Origin: Oikopleura dioica
Taxonomy: Eukaryota > Animalia > Chordata
Direction: 5' to 3'
Assembly (NCBI GenBank): GCA_907165135.1
Contig: OU015567.1
Coordinates: 7,006,001-7,070,000, forward strand
DNA length: 64,000 nt
The position numbers and the translations under genes were made by a program. A model generated the notes under the pieces. The model did no database searches. It worked only from the letters and a program-made list of their open reading frames with translations, and had not been told where the DNA came from. Of this stretch, positions 35,793 to 49,455 are shown in pieces (positions within the stretch are counted from its first letter, which is position 1; each line of letters opens with the position of its first letter).

Positions 35793-36818
35793 GAGTGGAG
35801 GACTCTCGCCCAAGTGGACTCTCGCCTAAGTGGACTCCCGCCCAAAAGGACTCTCGCCCAACTTGGGCGGGAGTCCATCTTGGGCGAGAGTCCATGTGGA
35901 AATTTTCAACAATGAGAAACAGAAAGTTGGGCGAGAGTCGATCTTGGGCGAGAGTCCTCCACTCCATTTGTTAATGAATGACAAAAGAAAGCAATGAGCT
36001 GTATATAATATATATGCAATGTACTTTATATAAATAAAAGTTAGGGTTAGGGGGCACTGGGCAAAATGACAGAACAACCTTACCCGAGGGGGATAGGCTA
36101 GGGTTAGTTAGGGTTACTGAAGGTAACCCTAAGTAACCCTAGACTAGACCCCGGCATCTTAGGACCTAAGGGGCGAAGCCCCGTGGTAAGGGGCAATTAG
36201 ATTTGATAATTTCGTCTGAAAAGTGGTGCAGTAGGATTGACCTTCTCTTTCAACCTAGTCGAGGACTAGCACTTTTGAGAGTTCGAGTTTTATTAGCGAA
36301 GCGCTATATTTTCACATCAAAGAATTTATGCTTTCGCTTATCTTTCTGGACAAACCGAAACAAATCTAATTGCCCTCTAACCCTAACATTAATTTATATA
36401 AAGTACATTGCATCGTTAAATGACATCTGGAGATAAATGAGAAATTCCATCATCAGAGCCAGTTGCTTGTCTTGTAGAACAGTTCACTTTTCTACAAGAC
36501 AAGCAACTGGCTCTGATGATGGAATTTCTGTTCCGAAAACGTTAAGCCTGCAATAAACGAACTCAAAGTACATTGCATATATCATGTATGATATATGTTA
36601 TATACAGCTTATTGCTTTCTTTGTCATTGAATAGTCATTAACAATTGGAGTGGAGGACTCACGCCCAAGATCGACTCTCGCCCAACTTTCTGTTTCTCAT
36701 TGTTGAAAATTTCCACATGGACTCTCGCCCAAAGGACTCTCGCCCAACTTGGGCGGGAGTCCATCTTGGGCGGGAGTCCACTTGGGCGAGAGTCCTCTTG
36801 GGCGAGAGTCCTCCACTC
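35793..36818. mobile_element. Non-autonomous Mutator/Foldback-like element, copy 1, 9-bp TSD ACTCTAAGC
   Basis: Termini GAGTGGAGGACTCTCGCCCAA ... TTGGGCGAGAGTCCTCCACTC; long modular TIRs with GGACTCTCGCCCAA subrepeats and TTAGGG blocks; TSD at 35784-35792 and 36819-36827. Confidence 0.93.
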
Positions 36819-36833
36819 ACTCTAAGCATCAGA

Positions 36834-37936
36834 ATGTACCCTCATACTATTGATATAGGAAAATCTTTAGGAAAGGTATTTAAACTATCATCTGGAAATT
36901 GTTTGCTTCATCTTTTTAGGGTGGCTTTGGCGTGGTAAGCTTTGGAACGAGACGGGACACTGGCGACCAGCTTGCTGTTAAACAAATCAATCCAATTTGG
37001 AATGCCGATGCCGAAACAATTGCATCGATGCGAGATACGATCGAAAGCGAATGCGAAGCCAGCGAAAGGCTTCATCACAAAAACATTGTCACTTATTTCG
37101 GCTTCAAAATGGAGGTAAATCTAAATCTAAATCGTCCATTGAGAGTTGACAATTGCCGTCTAGGCAAACGATTTTCTGCGAGGGCAAATGATTTACGAGT
37201 ACTGTGAGCTGGATCTTTCCAAAGAAATCTACCCTGAAGGTCTTGCTCAGATCACCATTCAATCTTACGCAATCCAATTGATCGATGCAATCGAATACAT
37301 GCATTCCAGTGGCTGGGTTCATCGAGATATCAAACCTGGAAATATCCTCCTTTCTCCAAGACGAGATCACAGGTAGAATTCTATGATTGCTATAGCCTAT
37401 AGAAAGCTAGAATTACCGCTTTAGCGTTCTCAAACTAGCTGATCTTGGCAGTGCCCTCCTCCTAGACGAAGAGACAATCGTTGATCGGCCAAAGGCAGAA
37501 ATCGGGTGCACATCGAATTACGCACCCCCAGAAGTGTTTAAGGGAAGAGTGGGCTTGACAAGTGACATTTGGTCAGTTGGCTGCACGGTGCTCGAAATGA
37601 TCACTCAGAAATTGCCATGGACGGCTGATTGTTGGAAAGAGCAATTTTTTCCTGGGCCAGTTTGGAGAAAATGATTATGACATAGAAAAATGGAGAAATC
37701 CACTGGAGCACTATGAACAGAAAAAGGGAAAACTTGAGACTCTCTTTGGCGGTTCCGCGTTTATTTTGTACGCTAAAAACTTCATCAATCGGTACGTTAC
37801 CTCAGCCTTGCCAAAGAAGTTAATGAACTGTTTCTGTAGATGCTTCGATCACAACCCAGAAACGAGAATCACTGCTTCCGAGCTGAAAAATCACGCATTT
37901 CTTGGACAGATAGTAACTTCCTACTCGTGGTATTGA
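36834..37936 (+). CDS. Ser/Thr protein kinase (STE/MAP3K-like), ~5 exons, apparent frameshift near 37645
   Basis: LGK|GGFGVV, LAVKQI, ECE, HRDIKPGNILL, KLADLG, YAPPEV, DIWSVGCTVLEM, RCFDHNPETRITASEL. The frame breaks in a T6 run. Confidence 0.85.
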
Positions 37937-37999
37937 ATCTCTTCTCTCTTTGATCGATCTTTTATTTACAGATAATAATACTTAAATAAAGTGGTTTAA

Positions 38000-39783
38000 T
38001 TCTTCCTGATCACGTGTCGGATATAGTAGCTGAAGCCTTGGCTGAAGCGCGGATTGCAGAAACTGAAAGTTATCCAGATCATCTGCTTTTTTTCAATTTA
38101 CCTGTAGAAAAAGCTGTTCAAAATTGAGTTAACGTAGAGCAGCGCTACTATCACGTGCTTGGTGAAATTGCACCAGAAGAAGCTCGGCATTTTGATTTCG
38201 ACGATTGTCGACAAGTTCCAATACGTAAAGAAGGGAACACGACAGACAAAGAAGCTCAGCACCAGGTTTCTCACCATTCCCAGAGAGCGCTAGAATATCT
38301 GTAATTCGGAGAAATGAGAAAAGAGAACTTGCCGATCTGACAAAAGCTCTAGAAGAATTGGACCGCGAAGTTTGCATCACGCGGCGCATTACCAACGCGT
38401 TTGCCACTACAATCACCACTGAAACAAGCTTCAAAGGGGTTGAAAAGGACAGTAGCTTACCAGAAGGAATGGTGAAGGCAAACCAAGTCCATGTCTGAAG
38501 CCATCTCGAAAAGGCTTGAGTTTCACTGGGAGGAAGTTCGCAGCTCACGAGCGGAGAAACAGTCGAGTTTTGGACGGACGAGTCGGCGGGAATGGAAGTT
38601 GAGCTGTCGTTGAAGTCGAGATTGTAGTCGGAGTTCAACACTGGCAAGTCGGGAATGAAAAAGAGCGTCTCTTCTTTGCTCTTGTCCATGAATCTGTTTT
38701 GGCATCTTCCTTGATTTTTTGATTATTTAACAAATACCGTTGTCGTTTTCTTGCCTGCGGAGGTAATTGCGAACTCGTTGGAGATCAGAAAGCTGAAGAT
38801 GGGACAAGTGATCCAGAGACATCGGACCACCCAGCGGGCGAAAACTGGCGTCCTAATTGGTAATTTTTTTTCGCAAAGAGGCTTGTTTGAAAAGTACCTG
38901 TATTTTAGTAGTTTGGCAAAGTTGGCACTGACGCTAAAATATCTTACAATCAGGGACTCCAAAATCATCCAAATGGATTCTCTCAAAATGAAGCAGATGG
39001 ATTTTGTGTTCAAAGTTACTTTCATTAGTAAATAATGAGTGCCTCTTTCTCCCTATTGAATAATGAGTTCCCTGTTTCCCTGTCGACTGACATGACGGCC
39101 AAGAACCAGGCGACGATGGTGAAGTTTAGATAATGAAAGAATGCCCACATCCGACAGGATAATTGACGCATTCGCTCGCTGCACATTCGGCTGAGCAGAT
39201 CAAGCTGATTAGATTAACAAAAGTCTGGCAAATGAGTTATTGGCTCTGGTTCAGTCAGTGTCTTCAAAGCATCGTTTTTGCTTGATTTTCTGATTGCGCT
39301 GGAGACAGAAACCGGATTAGCCGACGGTCAAGGGATTATTTCTTGGATCAAAGATTAGTTGCTAATCAGTATTTCTATAAATTCATCAATAGATGTAATG
39401 ATAGTATTGTCGAAGAAAGAGATCTAAGAGAACCTTCCTCTCTCAAAGGGGAAAAATGGTATCTCGACTGCTTCAATTAAAAATGATTGAACCTCAATTA
39501 GAATATTGGCGAGCAAAATAGCGAACACACGCAATTACAGTAATTCGCCAAGAGGCAACAGGCCCAGCCCGTTCCTGTATTCTTCAAAAGCGGAAAACTC
39601 CGGCCAGGCCATGAAATAATCCGACCAGAGCTCCAAAGGACCAAACACCAAAAACGTAAAGTCGGTGAAGGTCAAATGAATAGTGTATCGGAAGCTGGAA
39701 GTGTGCTGGCTTCGCGCTGCGGACTTTCTTGTGTAGAAATGGATCACCAGAGCGAGGAGGTTGAAAACGAGGCCGATGATCAA
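38000..39783 (-). CDS. Class A (rhodopsin-like) GPCR, multi-exon; boundaries approximate
   Basis: TM1 GLVFNLLAL; TM2 HLTFTD..FGP..W; TM3 CRMWAFFHYLNFTIVAWFLAVMSVDR; TM5-like FTIPS|..VANALV; TM7-like NSILNSFFY. Confidence 0.7.
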
Positions 39784-40501
39784 AACCGTTCCCTGGAAAT
39801 AATCAAGTTCATCGCGAAATCCAATAAAACGATAATAATTGAATATTTTATAATAAAAAATAAGTCCATTCTTTTTTTTATTTCTCTAATAAAAGCTCAC
39901 CCTTAGAATAATATACTGAATCATGTCTTTCTTCTTTCTTAAAATAGTCTTTGAAAAAATGTATCGATACGAAAATGTAAGAAAAAAAGGAGGAAAGAGC
40001 AAAGAAGAGAACTCAGGAGATGGCGCGGTTTCCAATAATATTACCTCATTAGAAAAGGTCTAATCTAACGTTAGTTAAGCAGCCCAGCTATTTCTCCGAC
40101 AGAATTAATCATTTATGGAATTAACGAATCATTATGTCACTTTTGAGTCTTGTATTTCAATTTCAGATTAAACTGATGATTCCGTGTGATGATTTATGTG
40201 TATTATAAAATATAATTTATACTCTCGTCACGAGAATCCCCTGGTTTATACTTTTTTCGGCGAAAGACTATCGAATAAGAACCACTTCCAATTTGCCCGG
40301 ACTGCTAGGAAATTGCAACCATACAGTAATACACCTGCTGTCAATTAGCTGCGTCATAGCTCCTTGATTGCTCCTTCCAGGAACGCAGCTTCTCAAAATT
40401 ATTCAGGTGCCACATCAATTCTAGCGCCATAGCAGGAGTTTACAAGCAAGTAACTTCCGATGTTCCAATAATAATACTTACGAACAACAAACAGGCAAAA
40501 A

Positions 40502-41013
40502 ATGAGTACAAACAGCAAGAAGCTCCAATCCCGAAAGCAGCCAACTTCTCTTCTGATGCAGTCAGCAAACGGCACCCTCTACAACGCCATCGAAGTCGAC
40601 CTTCTGACCAGAGAGAAAGTCCGGGACGTCGTGGTCAAGTTCTTTCCCAAATCCTCCGTCCGAACCTACGTCGATGTCAAAGGCATTCGCTGTCCTTCGG
40701 AGATCTACTTTCACGTCAAAGCCTTTTCCCTTGCCCGTCCCTTCATCGTCGAACCACTCGACTGGATCGAGCGAGAAGATGACTTCGCGATCGCCGTGGA
40801 AAAGCCCGAAAGAACCATGGTCCATGGACTTGTTTAACTTCTGCAACAAATTCGGCGTCCAGAGCGAGAAGAGCGCGAGAATCATTTGGACATGTCGCAT
40901 GCTACAAAATGCATCTGGGGGGAGTGATCTATTCTGACATCAAGGACGAAAACGAACTCATCGACCCCGACACGCTTCAAATTAAAATCATCGACTTCGG
41001 CTGCGCGAATTAG
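40502..41013 (+). pseudogene. PIM-like kinase fragment, frameshifted and truncated after DFG
   Basis: GTLY, VVVKF, RCPSEI, LDWIEREDDFAIAVEKPE, then DLFNF and SDIKDEN..IKIIDFG in shifted frames; stop just after DFGCAN. Confidence 0.75.
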
Positions 41014-41548
41014 GTTCAACATCTCTACGAGAAACAATCGTGAACAGATGCCTACTAGGTCATCACGGAGAATTTGAGGATTCTACCATTTTGGAGGGAG
41101 AATTTTGGGCTTCAACGGTCTAAAATTTGTAGAAAATATCATGCGTTTTGATGGTAAGCATGTTCTCCTGTAGCATGGCAACGAGTTGATATATTTGCGA
41201 GTCAACTTGTTATCTTTTGCAAGATCAAAACGGACAAATTTATGAGTAGCTTTCCTGCAGAGAAGAGTTCCTTCAGTCTCTCCACGATTTATCTTCCTGC
41301 ACCGGACAACACTCTCTTTGATGAATTATGGACTTCAGGATCGAGTTTTACCGGTTGGTTTTTACGTCGCTTTTGACTTGATGTTCCAACTCGTTGAAAG
41401 ATTCAGAAGTAGATTCAGATGATTCTTTGTCTTCAATAGAAAGTGTCGAGGAGAAAGAAGAAAGGGGAGGGATTTTGTCGAGATGGACTTCTATTTTCTG
41501 TTGCACTAGAAAACGAAAAGAAATAAACCATAAAATGTGAAAAAAGAA

Positions 41549-41622
41549 TGGCCAGTACGGGGATCGAACCCGCGACATTCGCGTTATTAGCACGACGCTC
41601 TAACCAACTGAGCTAACCGGCC
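41549..41622 (-). tRNA. tRNA-Ile (AAT)
   Basis: Reverse complement GGCCGGTTAGCTCAGTTGGTTAGAGCGTCGTGCTAATAACGCGAATGTCGCGGGTTCGATCCCCGTACTGGCCA forms a full cloverleaf with anticodon AAT. Confidence 0.95.
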
Positions 41623-44600
41623 TGTCGGGAAAGCTTGAATTTGACATACATATTGTCGATCTTCCATGATTCCAGAGCTCGCAAAAAGTGTCGCCCGCGC
41701 CCCCACCCCCGAAAAACGAGCGGGCACCGCGGGCGAAAAAAGCCCGCTAGGAGCCCGCTTGAAGCCCGCCTGTAGCCCGCTAACAGATTTTTCTTTATGA
41801 GATGCATACGGATGTCGAATATTGAGAATATTGTATTCCCCATCAAATATGCGTGTATTTACCGTAATACGGCCGTCTGCACTTCGCGGCTGTTATTTTT
41901 ACTTACAACAGTACAAAATGCTGTCCAAATCAATAATCCTGAGAGTCCGCTAAAGAGGGTTTACGAGAGGTTCACTTCGGAAAAGCTGAATTTAAAAATT
42001 TATCAAGAGCGCGATATAGATTAGTTTCTGTATACAACAGACAAGTCAGAAAGTAAATGTAAGGCCAGTGAAAAGAAAAAGAGAAAGTAATGGAGAGCGG
42101 GATATATTTTTTATTTCTTCTTATTATATTTATTATTGGTAAGGGCTTCCTTTTGATAAATTGTTTATTAAAAATAGTGACGCTATTGATTTTAATCTGG
42201 AATGAAATTCAAAACTACATTTTTTGCAAACACTCTTCTTCAGGAAATTTTCTCAAATTATAAATTTTAAAATTGCATAACTCAAAGCCGCAAACTGACC
42301 GATTTGTTGGTAAACGGAAGCGATTACTGTTCTGACGAGTCAGCTTAGAATTTGAGAATAAAAATGAGTCTACGCAGCAGATGATGATGGTCATATGGTT
42401 ACCAAGTCTGGGCTCGGCAACCTGTGTAGAAAACCTGTGTAGAAAACCTCAAGTCAAAAGCGACCTGAGCTGTAGTGAAAAGAATTCGAAAGACTGATTT
42501 GGCATTATTGGCAAGGCCTCTTCGCGGCTTTGTTTAAAAAAAAGCCGCAACGCGGCTTTCAAGAACAGCTTTTCCAAACCCTGACTCAGGTTTTTTACAC
42601 AGATTGCCGAGCCCGGTTAAAAGTGTCCAAGCTGGGTTGCCTTCAGAAATTACTATTCCCACTAGCTAAGTGAAAATTGACTACTGTAATAAAATCTGGA
42701 ACAATTCTTCTTTTTTTATGCGAGAAAATTGTCTTTTATTTCGTGAAAGTGCGCTGCGGCTTCGTGGCGGAAATGGAGAATTAATCGCTTTTGGCCGCAT
42801 TGATTTTTGTATTCGTATATTCTGGACTGCGGTCTCGCCACCGCTCGTTTCTGGACAATTGTAAAAAGTGGGAGAAGCCACTTGATTCCCATCTGGGCGC
42901 CTTTCTCATGGACGAATGTATGGGAATGAAATGAAACATTGCCCATTCGGAAATATGAATTTTGGCAAATGCAGTTGCGGGCAGTCGCAATTTCCTTCAG
43001 TACTTGACTTGCTCGGGGATTCAAATACATTTCTGAAGCAAAGCAATGTCTACCAGACACTCTTCTTCACGATGTTCGTCCAAAATTGTGGATAAGACTC
43101 GAAATTCCTGTCCCAAAATCGTCAATTTCTCTCAAAATTTGACCAATCAGAGCGCGATTTTGTCCAAAAACCGACAATCTTGGGCTGAGATTCCTAAGTT
43201 TTGTCCACATTCTTGAAGGAAGATACATTGATACATTATATACATGTTATTGCATTTCAAACTTAATTTTTTCGATTTGTTCAAAGCAAGAGGCCGCCTA
43301 TCCGGTCTATTCTAGCCCTATTCCGAATAGGCGTAAAACTCAAAACCCTTGCAAGAAGTGTCTCTGGCTGCGTATTTATTATGGAGATGAAAGGCGCATT
43401 CCGCCCATCAATATGCGCCAACAAGCGAAAAAATCCGCTAAGGCCACTTACGGCGGCGGATCATCCCTCCTGAATAAAAATAACGAAAAAAAGAGCGCTG
43501 ACTTTCAAAAATCATGTTTTCACGATCTTCGAACATAGATTTTCGAACAGTCAAGTCTCTTATACTTACTTATTTGAATATTGGCACTAGAATCTAACAG
43601 AAACAGCGAAATCACCTAAGTGTGATTCTAGCTCTTTCTTTTTGAAATTTCTTGTTTATTTTTTTCTCTCAAAAAGCTCAAGAAACTTCAATAATGAGCT
43701 CGAATAAAGATTCGATTTAATTCTAGTGCCAAATTCTAGTCTTTTAGTTCAAATAGAAGACTTGGAATTTTGGCCCTAGAGGACATTCTAGACTAGTCTC
43801 GCCCAGCAACTTGTGCCCAAAACCTGAGTCAGGGCCTGAGAGATCTTGAATGAAAAGCCGCGTCGCGGCTATTTTTAAAATGAAGCCGCACAGATTAAAT
43901 TGATAATATTGTTATTTTTTTTAAATTTTGCGGCTTCGTTTTCAAAAAAGCCGTCACGCGGCTTTTAATTAAGCCTCTTTCATATCCTGACTCAGGTTTT
44001 GAACACAGGCTGCCGAGCCCAAATTCTAGAGTTCTATCTTGAAAGAAACTGAAGCGGAGGAAACAAGAGAAGATAAGAATTTCCTGCCTGAAAAAGATTA
44101 CCGCGCCGAAGAAAGTAAAATTTCGTCTCGGAGCGAGCGACTCAAAAGGCTGGATCCTGATTTTCTGATGTCATTTTTTGTCGGGTGCAGAAGAGAAATG
44201 GCGATATTCCGACTGAAGATGGGCGTCAATTACAATAATTTGAAGGATCTGCGAGACAAGGATGGTTATACGTTACGGAATATTTCGAATGGCCAATTTA
44301 GAACAGATTTTATGATAATTTTTTGTTACGATATTAAAATAAATTTTTGAAGAAAATATTCTTTCCTTCAAAATCGACCTCTGATTACTAAACGTAAATC
44401 ATAAAAAAGGCAAAAAGAAAAATTGAGCAGCGAAAAAAGCGTCAGATGGAAAAGAGAACTCAAAATAATCCTGCCCAGATCACGGAAAATGCCCCACGTG
44501 ACACTCAAAAGGTATCTTTACATTCAACCTGTAATCATTTCAGAATCATAAATTCCTATTTTAGACGATTCCGGTTAAAAACCTGACGGAAATCTTCGAA

Positions 44601-47600
44601 AAACTCAGTTCGCAAGAAAATCCACGAAAAGTAAAGTTCATTTTAATTATTTTTTATTTAATAATTTATTTTCTAGCGAAAACATGAAGAAGAAGAAAAA
44701 AGTTGAAAATGCGAAAATATCTTTAGAAGCCAATTAATTTAGAATCAAATCAGCATAACAAATAAATTCATCCAGCTTTTGTCCATTTTCGTAAATATTA
44801 TCGATTCCGAATTTATTTGCCCCAGATAGCATAAACAAATTGTTTCCAAATTCATAATTTTGATTCATCATAAATCTGTTTTTCTATAGATTGCATTATT
44901 CATAAAGCCTTAAATAAATAATTTCCATAAAAAAGAGAGATTTTCCGTTAAAAATTCACGATTTTGTTTTTTCATTTACATTTTCATTCTTTTCTCGAAT
45001 ACGTGAATATGTCACGCGAAAATGGCAATTTTCGCAAAATATTAAAATAGTATATTCTTCAAACTTTTGTTCAACTAACAGTTTACTGTACGAAACTACA
45101 GTTCTTACTGTCAGTTGAACAAAAAGTTTCAGAATAAAAAAATCTAATATTTTGCGAAAATAGTCATTTTTTTGATAAATTAAGGGGTCCCCATATTAAC
45201 GGGAAAACAGGGAAAATAGGGGTCCCTATTTTTATTGTCGACTTTCTATTGAAAATAATTTGGCGCGGCGCAAATTCGCGGGTTCTGAATTATGTGAGTC
45301 TCGTTTAATCAAATGGGCGACATGAGAAAAAAAGTGCAAGTCCATATTCTGTCATGTCCGGTCGTGGGATAATCGCCCCGGACTAAAACTAGCGGGGCGA
45401 AATTTCTTGATTTTCTGATGAATCTAAATCAAATTCGCCTCCCGTCCCTGTGGGAAAAAGAAAATCAGATGCTTTTCTCATTTCGCGCTTCTTTTTTGTA
45501 ATTTCCAAATTACATATACAATATTTCAGCACGGGCCAGCGAAAAAAGGCGTGGCTACTAAACTGACAAGCGTGTACTTGAAAATTGATATGCTCTTTTC
45601 CTCATGCGCCATTCAAGATTGCATGGTTGCATATTGAAAAAGATCCGGAATATGCATTCCGAGATGCAAAAGGAGACATTCCGCATCCTAAATACTCCCC
45701 TAATTGATCATCTTTCTAAGAAAAATGGCGAAAGTTTAGCCTGACGCTGGGCTCTCTAAACATGGAAAACCTGTGTAAAAACCTGAGTCAGGCCCCTGAA
45801 AAAGCGATTTTTAGCTTTTTAAAATACTGACTCAGGTTTATGAACAGGTAACTGAGCCCACGTCAGGCGGCCTGACTCAGGCCTGCGCTCGGCAACCTGT
45901 GTAGACCTGTGCGGAACCTGATTCAGGCTGCATTGATAAAAAAGGTCATTTTGCGAAGCCTGACTCAGGTTTTTCACACAGGTTTCCGAGCCCAGGCCTG
46001 AGTCAGGCCGCCTGATGTGGGCTCAGTTACCTGTGTATAAACCTGAGTCAGGATTTCAAAAAGCTAAAAATCGCTTTTTCAGGATCCTGACTCAGGTTTT
46101 TACACAGGTTTCCGAGCCCAGAGAAAAAGACTTTTTCGTTGGAAAATTAAAAAGCTCAGTTTCCGTTGCTGGCATTTTTTTCAACAAAATATTCGGAACT
46201 GATTAAAACATCTTCAAAAAAGTTTTCTTGCTTCTATTTCCGCTGACAAAAGGGTGGACCGGAAAATGTACAATAGTAATTATATGCGGAACAAAATGCT
46301 CAATCGAATGCCATCGAAGGCGCGCGCCGCCTGAGAGTTCCGCTCTTGAAGACTTCCGAAAAACAATCCCTTCCGCTATGCAAAAATCAAAACTAACCGC
46401 CGAGGAGACAAGAATAGCTGAATACTGATTTGAAATCAGTGATTTCCAAAAAAGAAAGAAGGAAAAAATCGGAAATGGATTTCTCATGGGAAAATTTTTA
46501 TGAAAATTAGTAAAAAAAATGACCATTTTGGGTCATTACCGGCATTTTACCAGGGCTTGGAAGATGTCCAATAAAAGCCGCGTAGCGGCTTTTTTAAGAA
46601 AAGAAGCCGCAAAGCGTTTTCGCCAAAATTTCTGACCTGATTGGAAAGAAAGTTTTGCGAAGCCGCTTCGCGGCTTTGTTTCCAAAAAAGCCGCTACGCG
46701 GCTTTTAATTGAAGATCTTTCAGACCCTGACGCAGGTTTCCTATACAGTTCGCCGGGCCCAGGTTATAATACCGACCGATTTTCTTTATTTTCCAATTCT
46801 GAGATTGAGGCTGAAACTGTGAGGAAACTTCTTTCCTTTGCGGTGCTAGACACATTTCATCTTTTAGTCAAGCTGTCGCTGGAAATTAAAATGCCAGTGT
46901 GTATACCTATTATAACGCGTATTCATAACGCGTCAAGCCGTTCCGATTTACTATCGCCAGTGCTTCCTATTCCATCCTTTAGATTTCGAAATCCCAATCT
47001 TTGCAACTTTCGTACAGATCGATAGCTAAGTCCTCGGAAGCGCTAGAATGATCAGATAATGATTGTATTTGCAAACAATTTGCGGGGAATGCCGGTTTTG
47101 GTTTTATTCAGTTTCGAAGTTCCAAAGAGGGCTATAATCAATCGCAATTCTTGGTCGGCATAATTCGATTCAACCTTATCAATCGAGGAATTTACTTCCG
47201 ATTTTACGTTTTTGAAATCGTTTTTCTTTCCTCTTTCTCTCAAGAGTAATTTTCTTCTAAGGAGGTATGCGCAAATTGATGCATTTTCCGGGCCTTTTTG
47301 GTTGAGTTATTTATATTAGAGTAAGGGTTAAGATAAGGGCTAGTGTTAGGGTTAGGGCACCCTTAAAATCAGAGCTCGACAACCTGTGTAGAAAACCTGA
47401 GTCAGGTTCTGAGAGGGTTAAATTTGAAGCCACTGCTTTTGTAAAGCTATTTTTTAGGGTAAGGGTAGGGATACCCTTAACGTCCGATCTCAGAGCCTGT
47501 GTAGAAAACCTGAGTCAGGTTCTGAGAGAGCTAAATGTGAACCCCTGCTTTTCATAAGCTTTTTGGAGCTCTCTCAAAACCTGACTCAGGTTTTCTACAC

Positions 47601-49035
47601 AGGCTCTGAGATCGGACGTTAAGGGTATCCCTACCCTTACCCTAAAAAATAGCTTTACAAAAGCAGGAGCTTCAAATTTAACCCGAACCCAGTTGCCGAC
47701 CCTTTTAGGAAGAACCTTTAGTAATTGAAACTACATGGGTTTGCACTATTTTCAGCGCTTGTCAAAAGTGCGATTTTCTAGTTTGTAATTTTTGTGTATA
47801 AAAATATTATGCGTTGACAATTTGAGGCGGATACTGATTCCGGAAGTAGAATAAAATTAATTTGAGAATAAAATCACAACTCAAAATAATCAAAATCTCA
47901 TTTTAGAAGAACATCGAAGGTAAATATAAAAATTAGTGTTTTCAGTAAACATTTTTTCTTTCAGACTCAGAAAAAACGCTGATTTGTTTTGAAATTTTGA
48001 AAGTGAAGGAAAAGCCCTTCTTGGCTTTTGCCCAGAATAAGGCGCTAGAATGAGGCGCTAGAATCATGGGAAGAAAGAGCTGCTTCGCGATCAAGTGGGC
48101 CTTGTTGTCTTGAAAAATTTGAAAATTTCCTCTTGCGCATTTTTGGCACTTGATGCTGCGGCAACAAATTCAAATTATTCAAAACGCGCCTTTACGGGGT
48201 TAATGAAAATTATACCAAATATTCACGGAAGCGCTAAGCAACTTTGTTTTCGTTGACGCCGCCGAAATTAAGGGGGTGTCTCAGTTTTCCTTTTTCTCGT
48301 AAAAAAGTTCGACTTTCTTTCTTATTCAAAAAAAAATTGCCATGAAAGATTCATGCGCTAATCCAGGCTAATTATGCCTGTTTGAGATTGACTGACATTA
48401 TCACGTGAAAGAAGCGGGAGCGAGTCAGCTGAGCTGGGTTTTTTCAAGGGTGGAAGTGGCGGCACCCCTTTCAAATTGACCAAAACTGTATACAAGCACT
48501 GACAAACAAGAATACAAGAATACATGTTTTGCATATCAATAGTACTTCTCGACCCGCACAACAAAGCTTTTAGCGGCGATGAGTAGTACTGCTATAAATT
48601 ATAAATATTTTTTCGCAAAAAGAAATATCAAAAATCTAAAAATAAAGCAATTTTTTATTTAGTGATGTTTTTAAATTGAATCTGTCCATTTTGATAATTG
48701 TCCATTATTTTCAATTTTGCATCAGAAATTCTTTTTAATATGTTTTTCATCCCATTACCGGGGCTAGGCGTGACGGGTTAGCACTGACCCAGGTGCGTTT
48801 GCGCCTTTATTTTTTTAATAATTGTTGAAGATTTGAAGATTCTTGCTCTTTTTGATCAATTTTTCACACTTGCCTCGCAAATGTTGATTTGAGACATATG
48901 GTCAAATTGAAATCTACAAAAAAGAACCCAATGCTTCGAAGTTATATAAATCTTAGATTTTTCATTTTCACAGAAAATCTTTGACTTACTATTTAGGGTT
49001 AGGGCTAGAGTAAAGTTAAGGGTTAGGGTTACGAT

Positions 49036-49455
49036 CAGAGTTGGTAAAAAAGTATACTTCACTCGCCCTTCAGAATGAAGTATACTTCATGAAGTATACT
49101 TCAGGGCGTTGCAGGGCGTTGAAGGGCGTGAAGTGTACTTCCGCACTTCCCTCTACTTCAACCGCCCTTCCGCCCTTCACTCTACTTCAACTTGGTTCTG
49201 TCGGCCATCAGAATCCATCCGCCAGAATTTTTTCAAATTTTACGCTTATTGGCTCTCAGGCGCCATGATTTAAATCACGCTGATTGTGGCAGATGAAGTG
49301 GCAGCGAAAGTTTTCGATAAGAACCGATAGCTGAAGTATACTTCAGCGCGTGAAGTATACTTCAGAGCCATTTCGTACTTCACCGCCCTTCAAGAATGAA
49401 GGGCGCCCTGCAGATTTTTGAAGGGCGGGGGGAAGTATACTTTTTTCCAGCTCTG
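49036..49455. mobile_element. hAT-type MITE, 420 bp, 8-bp TSD GTTACGAT
   Basis: Termini CAGAGTTGG..AAAAAAGTATACTTC ... GAAGTATACTTTTTTCCAGCTCTG, with repeated palindromic GAAGTATACTTC subterminal motifs. Confidence 0.85.

Noticed and set aside
36050-36150. TTAGGG/TAACCC runs as a true or interstitial telomere (also ~47340, 49000-49030, 51610, 61010)
   Set aside because: They are short, degenerate and embedded in transposon-derived sequence.
35782-36938. ORFs such as MEWRTLAQDRLSP.. here and at 60604-61782
   Set aside because: They are chance frames within the TIRs of the non-autonomous element; there is no transposase motif.
42670-44700. Short ORFs 42716-43060 and 44039-44350 as genes
   Set aside because: No recognisable domain or consistent splice model.
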